Source of the DNA: a virus
Taxonomy: Duplodnaviria > Caudoviricetes
DNA: 63,319 nucleotides
Direction: 5' to 3' (one strand)
IMG/VR virus record: IMGVR_UViG_3300031232_000004
Coordinates: 1 to 63,319 of that record
In this document: positions 47,494-57,453 of the stretch, piece after piece
How positions within the stretch are numbered: position 1 is the first letter of the stretch
How the letters are laid out: each line of letters begins with the position of its first letter
The notes under the pieces: model-generated
The model's input: the letters and a program-made list of their open reading frames with translations, nothing else
Database searches by the model: none
What the model was told of the DNA's origin: nothing
Program-made: the position numbers and the translations under genes

Positions 47494-49416
47494 TTGACTT
47501 TTTACGTTAAAAGACTTATAATCCGTTTCATGGAATATGTTAAGAATCACACAGCCTACAAAGAGATGGTTTCGAGGGGAGCTAAGCTTGATAAGATTTT
47601 GCTTGATAGCACCAGTGAAATCGCCCGTTTGGTCGGGTCTACCCTCGGCCCAGGTGGACGCCCCGTAGCTATCGAACGCCAAGAGTGGAACCTCCCACCA
47701 GTCTTGACCAAGGACGGGGTTACTGTTTTCCGGTCTCTGGGCTTTAGAGATTCTTGTAAGCAGGCCGTGTTAGAACTTATGCGTGATGCCAGTGTCCGTA
47801 CCGCCGATGAAGCCGGGGATGGGACGACCACGGCTACTATTCTGTCTGAAATTCTATTTCGAAAAACACATGAATTCTGTAAGAACCATCCCCACACCCC
47901 TCCTATCCGTGTAATCCACTCCATTAACCGGATTTGGAAAGAAATCCTAGAACCTTCGATTTCTGATTTTTCCCTGGAATGTGATTTTTCTACTCCCCAA
48001 GGAAAAGAGCGTTTGCGCCAGGTCGCCCTTATTTCGGCCAATGGTGACAAAGAGTTGTCCGAAGCTGTAATCAAGTGCTATGAGATAGCCGGTGACGATG
48101 GGAATGTTACTATTCTTGAGTCTTCAGGCCCGTTTGGATATGAAGTAGAAAAACTAGAAGGATTCCCGGTTCTTACAGGTTTTGAAGAATCTTGTGGAAA
48201 GTTCTTCCCAGTTTTCATTAATGATCAAGCAAATCAACGGGTTATGGTTGATAAGCCGATGTTTATTTTGTTCAATGGCCGGATTTCCGATTGGAATGCT
48301 TTATCTAGGGTGTTAATGAAGCTTCAGGTCGGATATATGTCTGGGGAAATTAAGACCCCTAACCTGGTTGTTTATGCCGCTGGATACGGGGACAATGTTC
48401 TTGCCAACCTAGCCAGTGTTTGGGGGGATGGATCTCAACTCAATATCTTCCCCGCCCTTATCCCTAATCGTGATGCCATCCTTAATGCCCAGACATACTT
48501 CCTAGAAGATTTGGCCGCTATTACTGGGGCTAGTATTTTTGATCCAGGGGTAACTAAATCCTTGGACGATCTAAAAGAAGACGACATCGGGAATCTGTAT
48601 TGGAAGGATGATGACCCCGAGACTAGGGTATTGGTTCCTCAAGGGGTTAAGTTTTTTGAATGTAACAGGTATCGTAGCAATATCGTTGGTTATGCCGATC
48701 CTGAACAGGTCCTGGTTCGGGCCGATGAAATTAAAGCTTCTATTGCTGCTGCTGAATCTCAATATGACCGAATCTATCACCAAGAACGGTACGGTAAGTT
48801 GTCCGGGGGGCTGGCTAAGCTTCGTGTCGTGGGATCTAGCAACGGTGAACTAAAAGAGCGTCGGGACCGGGCCGAAGATGCCGTGTGCGCTGTTCGTGGG
48901 GCGATCAAACATGGTTGTATTATTGGGGGTGGATGGACTCTCCTTGCTTTGAGGCAAAAACTACAAGAATCCCTAAAGAATGGGACTCCGCTAGATATTG
49001 AAATCTATAATGAGATCTTGAATGAAGTATTAGTAGCTCCACTCCTGGTTCTACATTCTAATGCGGGGTATGTTACCCAGGTAGAAAAGACGGAATCTAA
49101 TCCTGATGGCTTGGAAGTAAGTGAAGACATTAATGAAATGTATATGTCCGTTACTGGGAAACTTGACCCTAAAAAGGCCAAGACTTTTGACGTTGCTAAA
49201 GGAAAGCTTGTTAGTGGGCTAAAAGAAGGTATTTTGGATTCTACACCAGCCCTGAAAGAAGCCCTCCGAAATTCCATTAGTATTGCCACTAGTTTGGGGA
49301 CTTTGGGTGGTATAGTTGTCCAGCCTCGGGTAGAAGCCGTTGATAGGCAAGAGGCCCGTGATGCTAAGGACTATGATCGGGCTGCTAGGGAGTTTGATCC
49401 TAACGACAGGACGTAG
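47494..49416 (+). CDS. groEL: Phage chaperonin GroEL (start probably ATG at 47530)
   Basis: TLGPGGR, TKDGVTV, AGDGTTTA, ISANGD, EDA, GGG motifs. Confidence 0.92.
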   Translation: MTFYVKRLIIRFMEYVKNHTAYKEMVSRGAKLDKILLDSTSEIARLVGSTLGPGGRPVAIERQEWNLPPVLTKDGVTVFRSLGFRDSCKQAVLELMRDASVRTADEAGDGTTTATILSEILFRKTHEFCKNHPHTPPIRVIHSINRIWKEILEPSISDFSLECDFSTPQGKERLRQVALISANGDKELSEAVIKCYEIAGDDGNVTILESSGPFGYEVEKLEGFPVLTGFEESCGKFFPVFINDQANQRVMVDKPMFILFNGRISDWNALSRVLMKLQVGYMSGEIKTPNLVVYAAGYGDNVLANLASVWGDGSQLNIFPALIPNRDAILNAQTYFLEDLAAITGASIFDPGVTKSLDDLKEDDIGNLYWKDDDPETRVLVPQGVKFFECNRYRSNIVGYADPEQVLVRADEIKASIAAAESQYDRIYHQERYGKLSGGLAKLRVVGSSNGELKERRDRAEDAVCAVRGAIKHGCIIGGGWTLLALRQKLQESLKNGTPLDIEIYNEILNEVLVAPLLVLHSNAGYVTQVEKTESNPDGLEVSEDINEMYMSVTGKLDPKKAKTFDVAKGKLVSGLKEGILDSTPALKEALRNSISIATSLGTLGGIVVQPRVEAVDRQEARDAKDYDRAAREFDPNDRT

Positions 49417-49695
49417 ATGCCTATATATAATTTAAAGTGCCTAAAATGCTGGGAAACTAAAAGGTTGCTTTCTAGTGAACCTTTTGATAAAATACCTGTT
49501 ACAGACCTTATATGTAAATGTAATTATATAATGGTAAGGGCGTTTTCAGGTCCTCAATCAACCCTAGTAAAAGAAACCCTAGACAATGGAGCTATGCGAC
49601 ACGCCGTAGAACGTCCTGCGGATATTGAACGTATTATGCGTGAACGTATAGCTAAGGCAGATCCTTTGGCCGGAACAAACAAGAACTATAGCTAA
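49417..49695 (+). CDS. FmdB-like zinc-ribbon protein
   Basis: MPIYNLKCLKC...CKC. Confidence 0.65.
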   Translation: MPIYNLKCLKCWETKRLLSSEPFDKIPVTDLICKCNYIMVRAFSGPQSTLVKETLDNGAMRHAVERPADIERIMRERIAKADPLAGTNKNYS

Positions 49696-51770
49696 TGATA
49701 CATACTTTAACAGACATTGAACTAGAAAATTTTGGTCCTTTCGTAGGATCTCACAAACTCCCCTTGCCTGAAACTGGTATGTGCCTGTTTAAGGGCAAGG
49801 TAGAAGAGACTGGATCAGGATCGGGGTGTGGGAAGAGTTTTGCCCTGAATACTATTTCGTACGTCATGGGGGGGTGTCCTTATCCTGCTACTGAACTCCA
49901 GTCTTGGCATACGGAAGATCTACCTAGTGTTAAAGTAAGTTGGAAGGCCGGGGATAACCTATACACGGCTACTAGGGCTAAGGGGTTAGGTCTAACTGGT
50001 AATGGTTTAGTAAAGGGTCTAAAGGGGAAGGCCGCTGAATCCCAGCTAGATCAAATCTTTGGACTAGATGAAAAGGCTCGGGCCGTTATTACTTATCGGC
50101 CCCAAGGCGAACCTGGGAGATTTTTAGCACTTTCAGATTCTGAGAAAAAAGAATATTTATCTAAGTTGTTAGATTTATATAAATATGAACTAGTAGCTGC
50201 GGAGGCTCAAAAGGTTATATCAACGTTAGAAAAAGATCTTGGTGTAAAGAAGGGGGTATTGGAACAGTTGGAGTTAAGGGGCGGCGGCGATGTTGCCCCA
50301 CTAGAACAAGAAATCGAAAGTATAGTATCCCAAATTGAAAAGCTTAAAAATGATCAGTCCCTGTTACATGAAAAAATCGAACAGACGCAAAACGCTATTG
50401 TTTTAAAACAGAACGAATATAAATCTGCGGTCCAAGAAAATTCTAAGGCCCTCACCCAAATCCTTAGTGAGATCCAACACCAGGCACTGGAAATTAGTTC
50501 TATGGCTGCCCCCATGGAGCTAGGTGTTTTAGGGGATAAGATCCAGTCGTTACAAAAAGACCTCCGAAAGATGATCCAAGAGGACGGGGTAAGGATGTCT
50601 ACCCATAACTCTGGGAAAAATACTATAGAACAGTCCATATCTAAAATCCAAGTAGAACTCCGGCAAAAACCCCGTCTACAGCAAGAAATCGCCCGGTTGA
50701 AGGATGAATATAAGAAAATTCAAGCCCAGATATGCCCCACATGTGAACAAACATGGGCTACCGAGTCTTCTAAGAAGAAACTGGAAGATATCAAGGTAGA
50801 AGGCAAAAGGATTAATGACCAGCTAAAAGATCTCTTAGAGAAAGAGTCCCGTCTAGGCACCCTACAAAAAGAAGCGGGGGAATACCCCGCCTTTGAAAAG
50901 AACCCCGGTATAGCTGTAGCTGAAAACGATATTCTATTGTACAAGGAAAAAGAAACTGGGATTCGTTTGGAATTCGAATCTTCTAAGAAAGAGAAACTAA
51001 AGGTACTTAAAGAAAAAGAAAATCTAGCTAAGGCTGACTTTAAAGCCCCGGTAGACGTAGCAAGTATTGATACCGCCCTTAAGACCCTTAATGCTATTGT
51101 TGGTACATATAATACCGAAAATAGTAACATTTTTAACCAGATGTCTAACCTGGAAAGAACAAAGATCGATCTTGTTTCTAAAGTAAAGAATATTGTCACC
51201 AACCAAAAAGAAATTGAAAGTATCCGAGCCAAAATCCTTGATACCCAGACTAAATTCAATTTTGAGTCCGACCTAGTAGCCATGGTTGGTCGCCAGGGCT
51301 TTTTGGGTGGTATCTTCGAAGAAGTATTGGCCGAAATAAGTTCTTCTGCCAATGATATCTTGGGACGGGTAGCCAACGTAAGACACCTAAGTATTGAATT
51401 CCAAACAGAAAAAGAAGCCCAAAATGGGAACATCGCAGCCCGTATTACCCCCGTCCTATACAGTCGGGGAAACAAAATCGGGTTCAAGGCCGGGATTTCT
51501 GGGGGGATGAAGGTCTCGGTAGATCTGGCCGTGGATCTGGCCTGGGGGGATGTTATTAGCCGTCGCCGGGGATCTTATCCTGGATGGGTGATCTTAGACG
51601 AGTCGTTATACGGCCTTTCTGGAACCGATAAAGAATCTTGCCTGGAAATGTTAGCAGATTCTGCTTGCAATAAGCTGGTACTAGTGGTAGATCATTCTAG
51701 TGAATTCCAGGGACTATTTCACCAAGTAGTCGAAATCGAAAACGTAGACGGAAAGGCTAGATTTATCTAA
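49695..51770 (+). CDS. Rad50/SbcC/gp46-like ATPase
   Basis: GSGCGKS Walker A, long coiled coils, CPTC zinc hook, ISGG signature, ILDE Walker B, VDH. Confidence 0.9.
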   Translation: MIHTLTDIELENFGPFVGSHKLPLPETGMCLFKGKVEETGSGSGCGKSFALNTISYVMGGCPYPATELQSWHTEDLPSVKVSWKAGDNLYTATRAKGLGLTGNGLVKGLKGKAAESQLDQIFGLDEKARAVITYRPQGEPGRFLALSDSEKKEYLSKLLDLYKYELVAAEAQKVISTLEKDLGVKKGVLEQLELRGGGDVAPLEQEIESIVSQIEKLKNDQSLLHEKIEQTQNAIVLKQNEYKSAVQENSKALTQILSEIQHQALEISSMAAPMELGVLGDKIQSLQKDLRKMIQEDGVRMSTHNSGKNTIEQSISKIQVELRQKPRLQQEIARLKDEYKKIQAQICPTCEQTWATESSKKKLEDIKVEGKRINDQLKDLLEKESRLGTLQKEAGEYPAFEKNPGIAVAENDILLYKEKETGIRLEFESSKKEKLKVLKEKENLAKADFKAPVDVASIDTALKTLNAIVGTYNTENSNIFNQMSNLERTKIDLVSKVKNIVTNQKEIESIRAKILDTQTKFNFESDLVAMVGRQGFLGGIFEEVLAEISSSANDILGRVANVRHLSIEFQTEKEAQNGNIAARITPVLYSRGNKIGFKAGISGGMKVSVDLAVDLAWGDVISRRRGSYPGWVILDESLYGLSGTDKESCLEMLADSACNKLVLVVDHSSEFQGLFHQVVEIENVDGKARFI

Positions 51771-51771
51771 A

Positions 51772-52296
51772 ATGATCGAAAACGGCTGGGTAACAGAAAA
51801 AAATGGCGACCGTCTCCATTATAAAAATGATTTTCTACATTGTGATTCCGGCCCGGCCATTATCTACGCCGATGGGGGTCAAGCATGGTATAAGGACGGC
51901 CTTTTACACCGCCTGGACGGCCCGGCCCGCATTTGGGCCGATGGGGGCCAAGCATGGTTTAAGGATGGAAAATACCACCGCCTAGATGGCCCTGCCTATG
52001 TGGGCAGTAGTGGATATAAAGCATGGTGGGTGAACGGGGGTAGACACCGCCTAGATGGCCCGGCCTATATTGGGGCCGATGGGTATAAAGAATGGTGGGT
52101 GAAGGGGCGGGAATTGACCGAGGAAGAGTTTAATGAGAAGTATGGAAAGAACAACCTCTCTAAAAATAACAAAAACTTCAACTTAATTAAATTTAATAAA
52201 GTTGGTAAGGAAGTATTTGGGGATAAGTTCTGCTTAGAAAACATGGTTGTGATTGATAAAATCATAACCGCCTGGGAAAAGATCCGAAACCGATGA
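51772..52296 (+). CDS. HRxDGPA repeat protein, paralogue 3
   Basis: Four repeats, TEEEFNEKYG cap, distinct C-terminal tail. Confidence 0.8.
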   Translation: MIENGWVTEKNGDRLHYKNDFLHCDSGPAIIYADGGQAWYKDGLLHRLDGPARIWADGGQAWFKDGKYHRLDGPAYVGSSGYKAWWVNGGRHRLDGPAYIGADGYKEWWVKGRELTEEEFNEKYGKNNLSKNNKNFNLIKFNKVGKEVFGDKFCLENMVVIDKIITAWEKIRNR

Positions 52297-52406
52297 AATC
52301 TGTTATTGAAACGATTAAACTTATTATTAGTTTAGCTATAGCCTTCCCCGTGTGTATTTTTATCTTAATTTTTGGACCATTAATTGATTACTATAAGAAC
52401 AAATGA
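52293..52406 (+). CDS. Small single-TM protein (37 aa; not in the ORF track)
   Basis: MKSVIETIKLIISLAIAFPVCIFILIFGPLIDYYKNK; ATGA overlaps on both sides. Confidence 0.55.
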   Translation: MKSVIETIKLIISLAIAFPVCIFILIFGPLIDYYKNK

Positions 52407-52750
52407 CCAACCCCCTGATCCCCATCGTCCAGAACCCTAGGTTTTTGATTGAAAACTGGCTGTTACCTGAATCCTTTTTTCGAAGGAAACTGGTGCGTCT
52501 AAAGTGGAATCTAGGTAACCCTAAAGTAGAAATGAATCTGTGTGAATGGATATTTTATGGGACGGCTGGGGAAAAGGTCTTTAAGTTGTCCTGGGTTAAA
52601 GCCGAGGAAGGGCCATACACTTTGAGTTACGAAGCTATTTTCTATACTAAAAACGAAATTGCTATGGCAAAAGTAAACACTTTCTTTAAAGCCCTTCTAC
52701 GTGGAACCCGTAAGGTAAAGATTTATGGTAAAGGCGCTGTATGTCCCTAA
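52403..52750 (+). CDS. Hypothetical protein
   Basis: 115-aa coupled ORF. Confidence 0.55.
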   Translation: MTNPLIPIVQNPRFLIENWLLPESFFRRKLVRLKWNLGNPKVEMNLCEWIFYGTAGEKVFKLSWVKAEEGPYTLSYEAIFYTKNEIAMAKVNTFFKALLRGTRKVKIYGKGAVCP

Positions 52751-54327
52751 CCTTAGTCACCCCGGTAAAAATTCGTATAGACGTTGCCCCAGAAATCTTA
52801 GATCGGCTTAGGGAAAATCTGGCTTATACTGACGAAAGGCTAAACCATTCTATTAAGATGTGGAAAAACATCTTAGACCAGGACGTTAAATGGGAAAAGG
52901 GTGGAAAGAAATGGTCTCGGCACTGGTTCTTTAATAAAAATAGCCGTAGCGACCTGGTACAAAAGATTTCCGATTTAAAGGATCAACAATCCAAGACTCT
53001 CCTATTCGAGGATAAGGAGGGGTATTGGACATATTCTGGTATAGCGTCTGTCCTAGAGACTATATGTGGGGAAAAAGTAGTGGTGTCCTATCCCCTCCCC
53101 GAATATGGGGTAATCCCCTGGGCAACCCCTCCGGCCCGTAGTCCTAGGTGGTACCAGTCGAAGGCCACAGAGCTTTTTGCCCCGGCTGTACCTACAGCCC
53201 TACCTAAGGCCGTGGAGCTTGCTACGGGGCTGGGGAAGACTTTTATAGAGATCCTTGTTACGAAGGAGATCGGTCTACCAACAGTAGTAGTTACACCTAC
53301 CCTCAACATTGCAGAAAACACTATCCGGGACTTCATCCTACACTTTGGAAAAGGCAAAGTTGGCCAATTCTTTGACGGTAAGAAACAATCCGATAAACTT
53401 ATTACCGTGGCTGTAGCTAAGTCATTGTCCCTGGTTAAGCCTGGGGATGAACACTATGACAACTTACGGGCTAAAAAACTTCTAATAGTAGATGAATCCC
53501 ATACCTGTCCCCCGGATGAGCTTCAGTCCGTCACTATGGGGCTTATGGAAATGGTTCCATACCGTGGTTTCGTGTCGGGGACTCAGATGCGTACCGATGG
53601 CCTTAGCCCCCTACTCCAAGCCATTACCGGAGATGTATTGCTTAGGATGTCTGTCAAGGACGGGGTGGAACAAGGATTTTTATCACCACCTAACTTCTAT
53701 CAATTTACGATAGATTCGAATGAACGAAACGAAATTAAGGAAATCACACCTACCGGAAAGGAAAAGATAAAGAAGATATCATCCAAAGATGTTATGAACC
53801 TTACCCGGATCCACGTCCATCGTAATCCCCTGATATATAAACATGCTGTAAAACTCATACATAGCGCGGTAGCGAAGGGGCGCAGGGCTTTAGTCTTGGT
53901 AGATGAAATCTTTCAATTCCAATGGTTGTTGGATCATGGATTAAACATAAAAGCCATGTTTGCCCATGGTGGGGTAACTAAAGATAATAAACATCTCGTC
54001 CCTAAAGAACACCATAAATCAGACACCTACGATCTAATACAACGATTTGACGATGGTGAATTCCCCGTCCTAGTGGGGACATCTTGTATCGGGATGGGTA
54101 GCGATATTAAGTCGGTATCACTAATTGTTGACTTGTTTGGAAATTGTTCTGAAACCAGGATCCGGCAGGGGGTGGGGCGTGGCACTAGGTTGTTTGAAAA
54201 TAAAAAAGACTTTGTTTATGCTTGCTATTGCGTCAAAAACGTGTTACCATTATACAATCAAGGTCGGGCACATAGAGAAGTTCTTGACGACATTTATGGA
54301 CCAGTAAAAGTAATGGAGGCTAAGTAA
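52741..54327 (+). CDS. uvsW: SF2 DNA helicase (UvsW-like)
   Basis: PRWYQ, ATGLGKT, DESH, SGT, QGVGRGTR motifs. Confidence 0.85.
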   Translation: MSLTLVTPVKIRIDVAPEILDRLRENLAYTDERLNHSIKMWKNILDQDVKWEKGGKKWSRHWFFNKNSRSDLVQKISDLKDQQSKTLLFEDKEGYWTYSGIASVLETICGEKVVVSYPLPEYGVIPWATPPARSPRWYQSKATELFAPAVPTALPKAVELATGLGKTFIEILVTKEIGLPTVVVTPTLNIAENTIRDFILHFGKGKVGQFFDGKKQSDKLITVAVAKSLSLVKPGDEHYDNLRAKKLLIVDESHTCPPDELQSVTMGLMEMVPYRGFVSGTQMRTDGLSPLLQAITGDVLLRMSVKDGVEQGFLSPPNFYQFTIDSNERNEIKEITPTGKEKIKKISSKDVMNLTRIHVHRNPLIYKHAVKLIHSAVAKGRRALVLVDEIFQFQWLLDHGLNIKAMFAHGGVTKDNKHLVPKEHHKSDTYDLIQRFDDGEFPVLVGTSCIGMGSDIKSVSLIVDLFGNCSETRIRQGVGRGTRLFENKKDFVYACYCVKNVLPLYNQGRAHREVLDDIYGPVKVMEAK

Positions 54328-54512
54328 TGGTTAGTGTTATTCTTTTTATAAATCTTTATGTTCTTATGGGGTGGTTTGGGTATGAACTCTACCTCCTGAA
54401 TAAGAATAAGTTTAATATGATTGTTTTAGAAAAAGATTGCCAGGACGTGAAGTGGGAAGTGGTTAAGAAGGATTATACTGAAAAGGAATATACCACGGGT
54501 GTGGAAGTATAG
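54327..54512 (+). CDS. Small membrane protein
   Basis: N-terminal TM helix; coupled. Confidence 0.5.
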   Translation: MVSVILFINLYVLMGWFGYELYLLNKNKFNMIVLEKDCQDVKWEVVKKDYTEKEYTTGVEV

Positions 54513-54585
54513 CTGCTTCCAAGGTTCGGCTTTAATTGCTCCAGGTATTTATGTACTTTCTACCTACAATCAAACAAGGAATTCC

Positions 54586-55488
54586 ATGCCCCGTCCCTCT
54601 AACCCCGCCCTTGAAGATGTCCTAGGTGTCCAATATCCCGTCTTAGATCACGGGTACATAACCCTGATCGACTATATGGGGAATGACGACGAGATCGTTC
54701 GGGCAGCTAGGGCTAGTATCAGTGCTGGACAAAAAATCAGCGATACAAAAAGCCTTATACGCCACCTTGTAAAGAATAGGCATACATCCCCTATCGAACA
54801 AGTTCAAATGAAGTTTCAAGTCAAGATGCCGATTTTCATTGCCCGTCAATGGGTCCGGCATCGTACCGCCAAACTTTCTGAGTTTTCAGGACGGTATAGT
54901 AAGTTTGAATGTGAATTCTACGTCCCTACCCTGGATGCTATTAAGGCCCAGTCTAAAGTAAATAAACAAGGGTCGGACGGGGAACTACCGGAAGAAACTA
55001 AGATCAAGGCCCAAGAGACTCTAGCCTTAAACTCGGCTGAAGCCTTTGATGCTTATGTTGGACTGATTGAATCAGGTATAGCCAGGGAAACGGCCCGGGA
55101 GCTTTTGCCAGTAAATATGTATACTACCATGATCTGGACCATGGATTTACATAACTTATTACATTTTATCAACCTTCGAATGGACTCCCACGCCCAATAT
55201 GAGATCCAAAAATATGCCGTAGTTTTAGCTAAATTTGTCTATATTGGTTTTCCTCTCCTATGGGAAGCTTTTGAGGACTTTACATATGGGGCACTTACTT
55301 TAAGCCGGTTGGATATAGTTGCTCTAAGACTGATTGGTGATTTTCACGGAGAAAAATTCTCAGAAGAATGTAAAACCAAGGTTGAAGAAGTCTTTAAAAA
55401 TGTTTCGAGAAGTGAACTTAATGAGTTTTTTGAAAAACTTTGTTTAATTACGGGGTATATGGTAGATGGCCAAACAAAGCAAGGATAA
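54586..55488 (+). CDS. thyX: Flavin-dependent thymidylate synthase
   Basis: HTSPIEQ, RQWVRHRTAKLSEFSGRY, RETARELLP, LRMDSHAQYEI. Start MPRPS at 54586 follows AAGGA. Confidence 0.93.
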   Translation: MPRPSNPALEDVLGVQYPVLDHGYITLIDYMGNDDEIVRAARASISAGQKISDTKSLIRHLVKNRHTSPIEQVQMKFQVKMPIFIARQWVRHRTAKLSEFSGRYSKFECEFYVPTLDAIKAQSKVNKQGSDGELPEETKIKAQETLALNSAEAFDAYVGLIESGIARETARELLPVNMYTTMIWTMDLHNLLHFINLRMDSHAQYEIQKYAVVLAKFVYIGFPLLWEAFEDFTYGALTLSRLDIVALRLIGDFHGEKFSEECKTKVEEVFKNVSRSELNEFFEKLCLITGYMVDGQTKQG

Positions 55489-56068
55489 GGGGCATACTAA
55501 ACAAGACTTCAGAACCCCCAAGGACTTCCTAGATCGTCTTCAACTATTCTTTGGCCCTATCGTATTAGATCTGGCTGCGGTAAACAGCAATAAGGTATGC
55601 AAAGAGTTTTTTGGGCCTGGCTATGAACAGTATGTAAAGTGTTTAGGGAAGGAATATATTGAAGAATTCCTTAAGACTGGTACCGAACAAGACCTTAGAG
55701 ATCAATGGTATAAGGAGACGGACGGAAGCCTCATTCCTTCAATAAGTACGTTTTCCCTTTGTTTGGAGAAAGGTGGGGTGGCTTTTTGTAATCCTCCCTT
55801 TGGTGATATCTACGACTTTTCTTTCTTTAATAAGACTTTTTCTGAGAATACTAATAAACCTATAGTAATGTTGGTGCCTATTGGTGTTACTGATTGGTTT
55901 GTTGAAAACGTCCTACCATATGCTGAAACCAAGCTTTTGAAAGGGCGGTTGTCTTTTATTGAAGGTAACACTTTCCCTAAAGACTGTATGGCTTGTTTTT
56001 ATGGTATAGGTAAACCCGGAAAGATATCCGTGTGGGATTGGCGTAACGAGGATTTAAAACTAGGATAA
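55466..56068 (+). CDS. DNA N6-adenine methyltransferase (phage Dam-like family)
   Basis: QDFRTP, LDLAA, FCNPPF, VMLVP, GRLSF motifs. Confidence 0.82.
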   Translation: MAKQSKDKGHTKQDFRTPKDFLDRLQLFFGPIVLDLAAVNSNKVCKEFFGPGYEQYVKCLGKEYIEEFLKTGTEQDLRDQWYKETDGSLIPSISTFSLCLEKGGVAFCNPPFGDIYDFSFFNKTFSENTNKPIVMLVPIGVTDWFVENVLPYAETKLLKGRLSFIEGNTFPKDCMACFYGIGKPGKISVWDWRNEDLKLG

Positions 56069-56069
56069 A

Positions 56070-57143
56070 ATGTCAAACAATAACTGGTTGTCTACAGAAG
56101 ATCAAGAACATTTTAGACTCTTTGCCGGTAGGGTAAAGGCTAAAATTGCCAAGTATGGTAAAATGGATAACGACGAGGAGGTTCTGGCCCAGCAACGCTC
56201 CCAGGTAGAAGAACTTCAATCCCTAGAAAAGGAATGGAAAACCAGTGTTATCAACAGTGGGAAGGTCGAGGAGGCTTATGGGATTTTCTTAGACTTTATT
56301 TTAAATGAAAAGAAGAACCGTCTAGCAGCCCGGCCTTATTTCAGGGAGCGTCAATCGGTTTTTACAGCTTCTATATCCCCCGGTATCAAGGCTCGGGATG
56401 TTGATAAGATTCAAAAATATGACATAAATTTCTTGTTTATTAAACTTGTAGCAAAGACGTTCCAACAGCCTAAAGACTTGCTGGCTATATATAATAAGGT
56501 CATCAAGGCCCGAAACGCTTTGATTGAAATCAACGCTCCACTCGCCATATCTAAGGCCACTAGCTTTGGCCGTAATACCCCCCAAAGCCACCTCACCTTC
56601 ATGGACCTGGTAGAAATCACCCTGGAAGGCCTTACCAATGGTGTTGATAAATTTTGTGGTGAATATTCCGATACCTGGCGGGCCGTGTGTATTGGGCGTA
56701 TGACTGGGAATCTGATCGAAGACTATAACCAGACCCTTATCCACTTCTACCCTGCCGATAAGAGAAAACTGTACCGAGCCCATAAATTTATTTCTAGGAA
56801 GGTCCCAGGATCGTTCGATATTAAGGATGTGGTGGTAGCTGTCAACACTTCCCCTAAAGAGAAAAATGGTAAGAAGATCAAGGTTCTACCAAAGGTAACA
56901 GAAGAAGAAATGTCTGATTTGTTGGCCGCAGCCTCTACCGTAAGTTCAGATTCTATCATGCCTGAAGATGATGATAATGAAGGGGACACCGCTATTACAG
57001 AATACCCTGACCCAGTGGAAACCCGTCCCGATATCATGGTAGAAGAACATGAAACCGTGATGAAGGTTAGGAAGGCTTTGGAGTTTTTGACCCCCTATGA
57101 ACATAAAGTATTGAGGCTTAAAGGGGTTGATTTCGGGGGTTGA
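56070..57143 (+). CDS. Phage sigma70-family factor lacking region 4.2
   Basis: ARNALIEINAPLAISKA..DLVEITLEGLTNGVDKF (region 2); ends at LEFLTPYEHKVLRLKG (start of region 4.1). Confidence 0.78.
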   Translation: MSNNNWLSTEDQEHFRLFAGRVKAKIAKYGKMDNDEEVLAQQRSQVEELQSLEKEWKTSVINSGKVEEAYGIFLDFILNEKKNRLAARPYFRERQSVFTASISPGIKARDVDKIQKYDINFLFIKLVAKTFQQPKDLLAIYNKVIKARNALIEINAPLAISKATSFGRNTPQSHLTFMDLVEITLEGLTNGVDKFCGEYSDTWRAVCIGRMTGNLIEDYNQTLIHFYPADKRKLYRAHKFISRKVPGSFDIKDVVVAVNTSPKEKNGKKIKVLPKVTEEEMSDLLAAASTVSSDSIMPEDDDNEGDTAITEYPDPVETRPDIMVEEHETVMKVRKALEFLTPYEHKVLRLKGVDFGG

Positions 57144-57168
57144 CTTTTTTAGTCAGCTTTGGTATAAT
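57140..57168 (+). promoter_or_regulatory. Sigma70-type promoter, leaderless
   Basis: TTGACT-N17-TATAAT with extended TG; ATG at 57175. Confidence 0.7.
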
Positions 57169-57174
57169 AAGAAA

Positions 57175-57453
57175 ATGTTTAGTAGCTCACAGATCCAAAT
57201 ACGTGGCCCTAAAATAGATATCCGTCCTACCAATGACACTAACCTTGTAGCATATGTGGACAAGGCTGGTAACCAGGTAGTGGCTTCAGGCAGTGTGTTG
57301 TTGGCGGGTCTTATGCTGATAGCCAGCAATAAAGGAATTACCTTGGAACAAGTATTGGCCCAGGGAAGGGACGAAGCTATTAAGTTCTTTGGTCCCGAAC
57401 CCGAGCCCGAAGGAGAAGAGTTGGTAGTGGAAGGTGGCCCAAAACATGATTAA
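57175..57453 (+). CDS. Hypothetical protein
   Basis: ORF track 57127-57453; ATG at 57175 is just downstream of the promoter. Confidence 0.55.
   Translation: MFSSSQIQIRGPKIDIRPTNDTNLVAYVDKAGNQVVASGSVLLAGLMLIASNKGITLEQVLAQGRDEAIKFFGPEPEPEGEELVVEGGPKHD

Noticed and set aside
50720-51487. 255-aa antisense ORF and other shadow ORFs in the track
   Set aside because: They are antisense or out of frame to well-supported genes, with no RBS or motifs.
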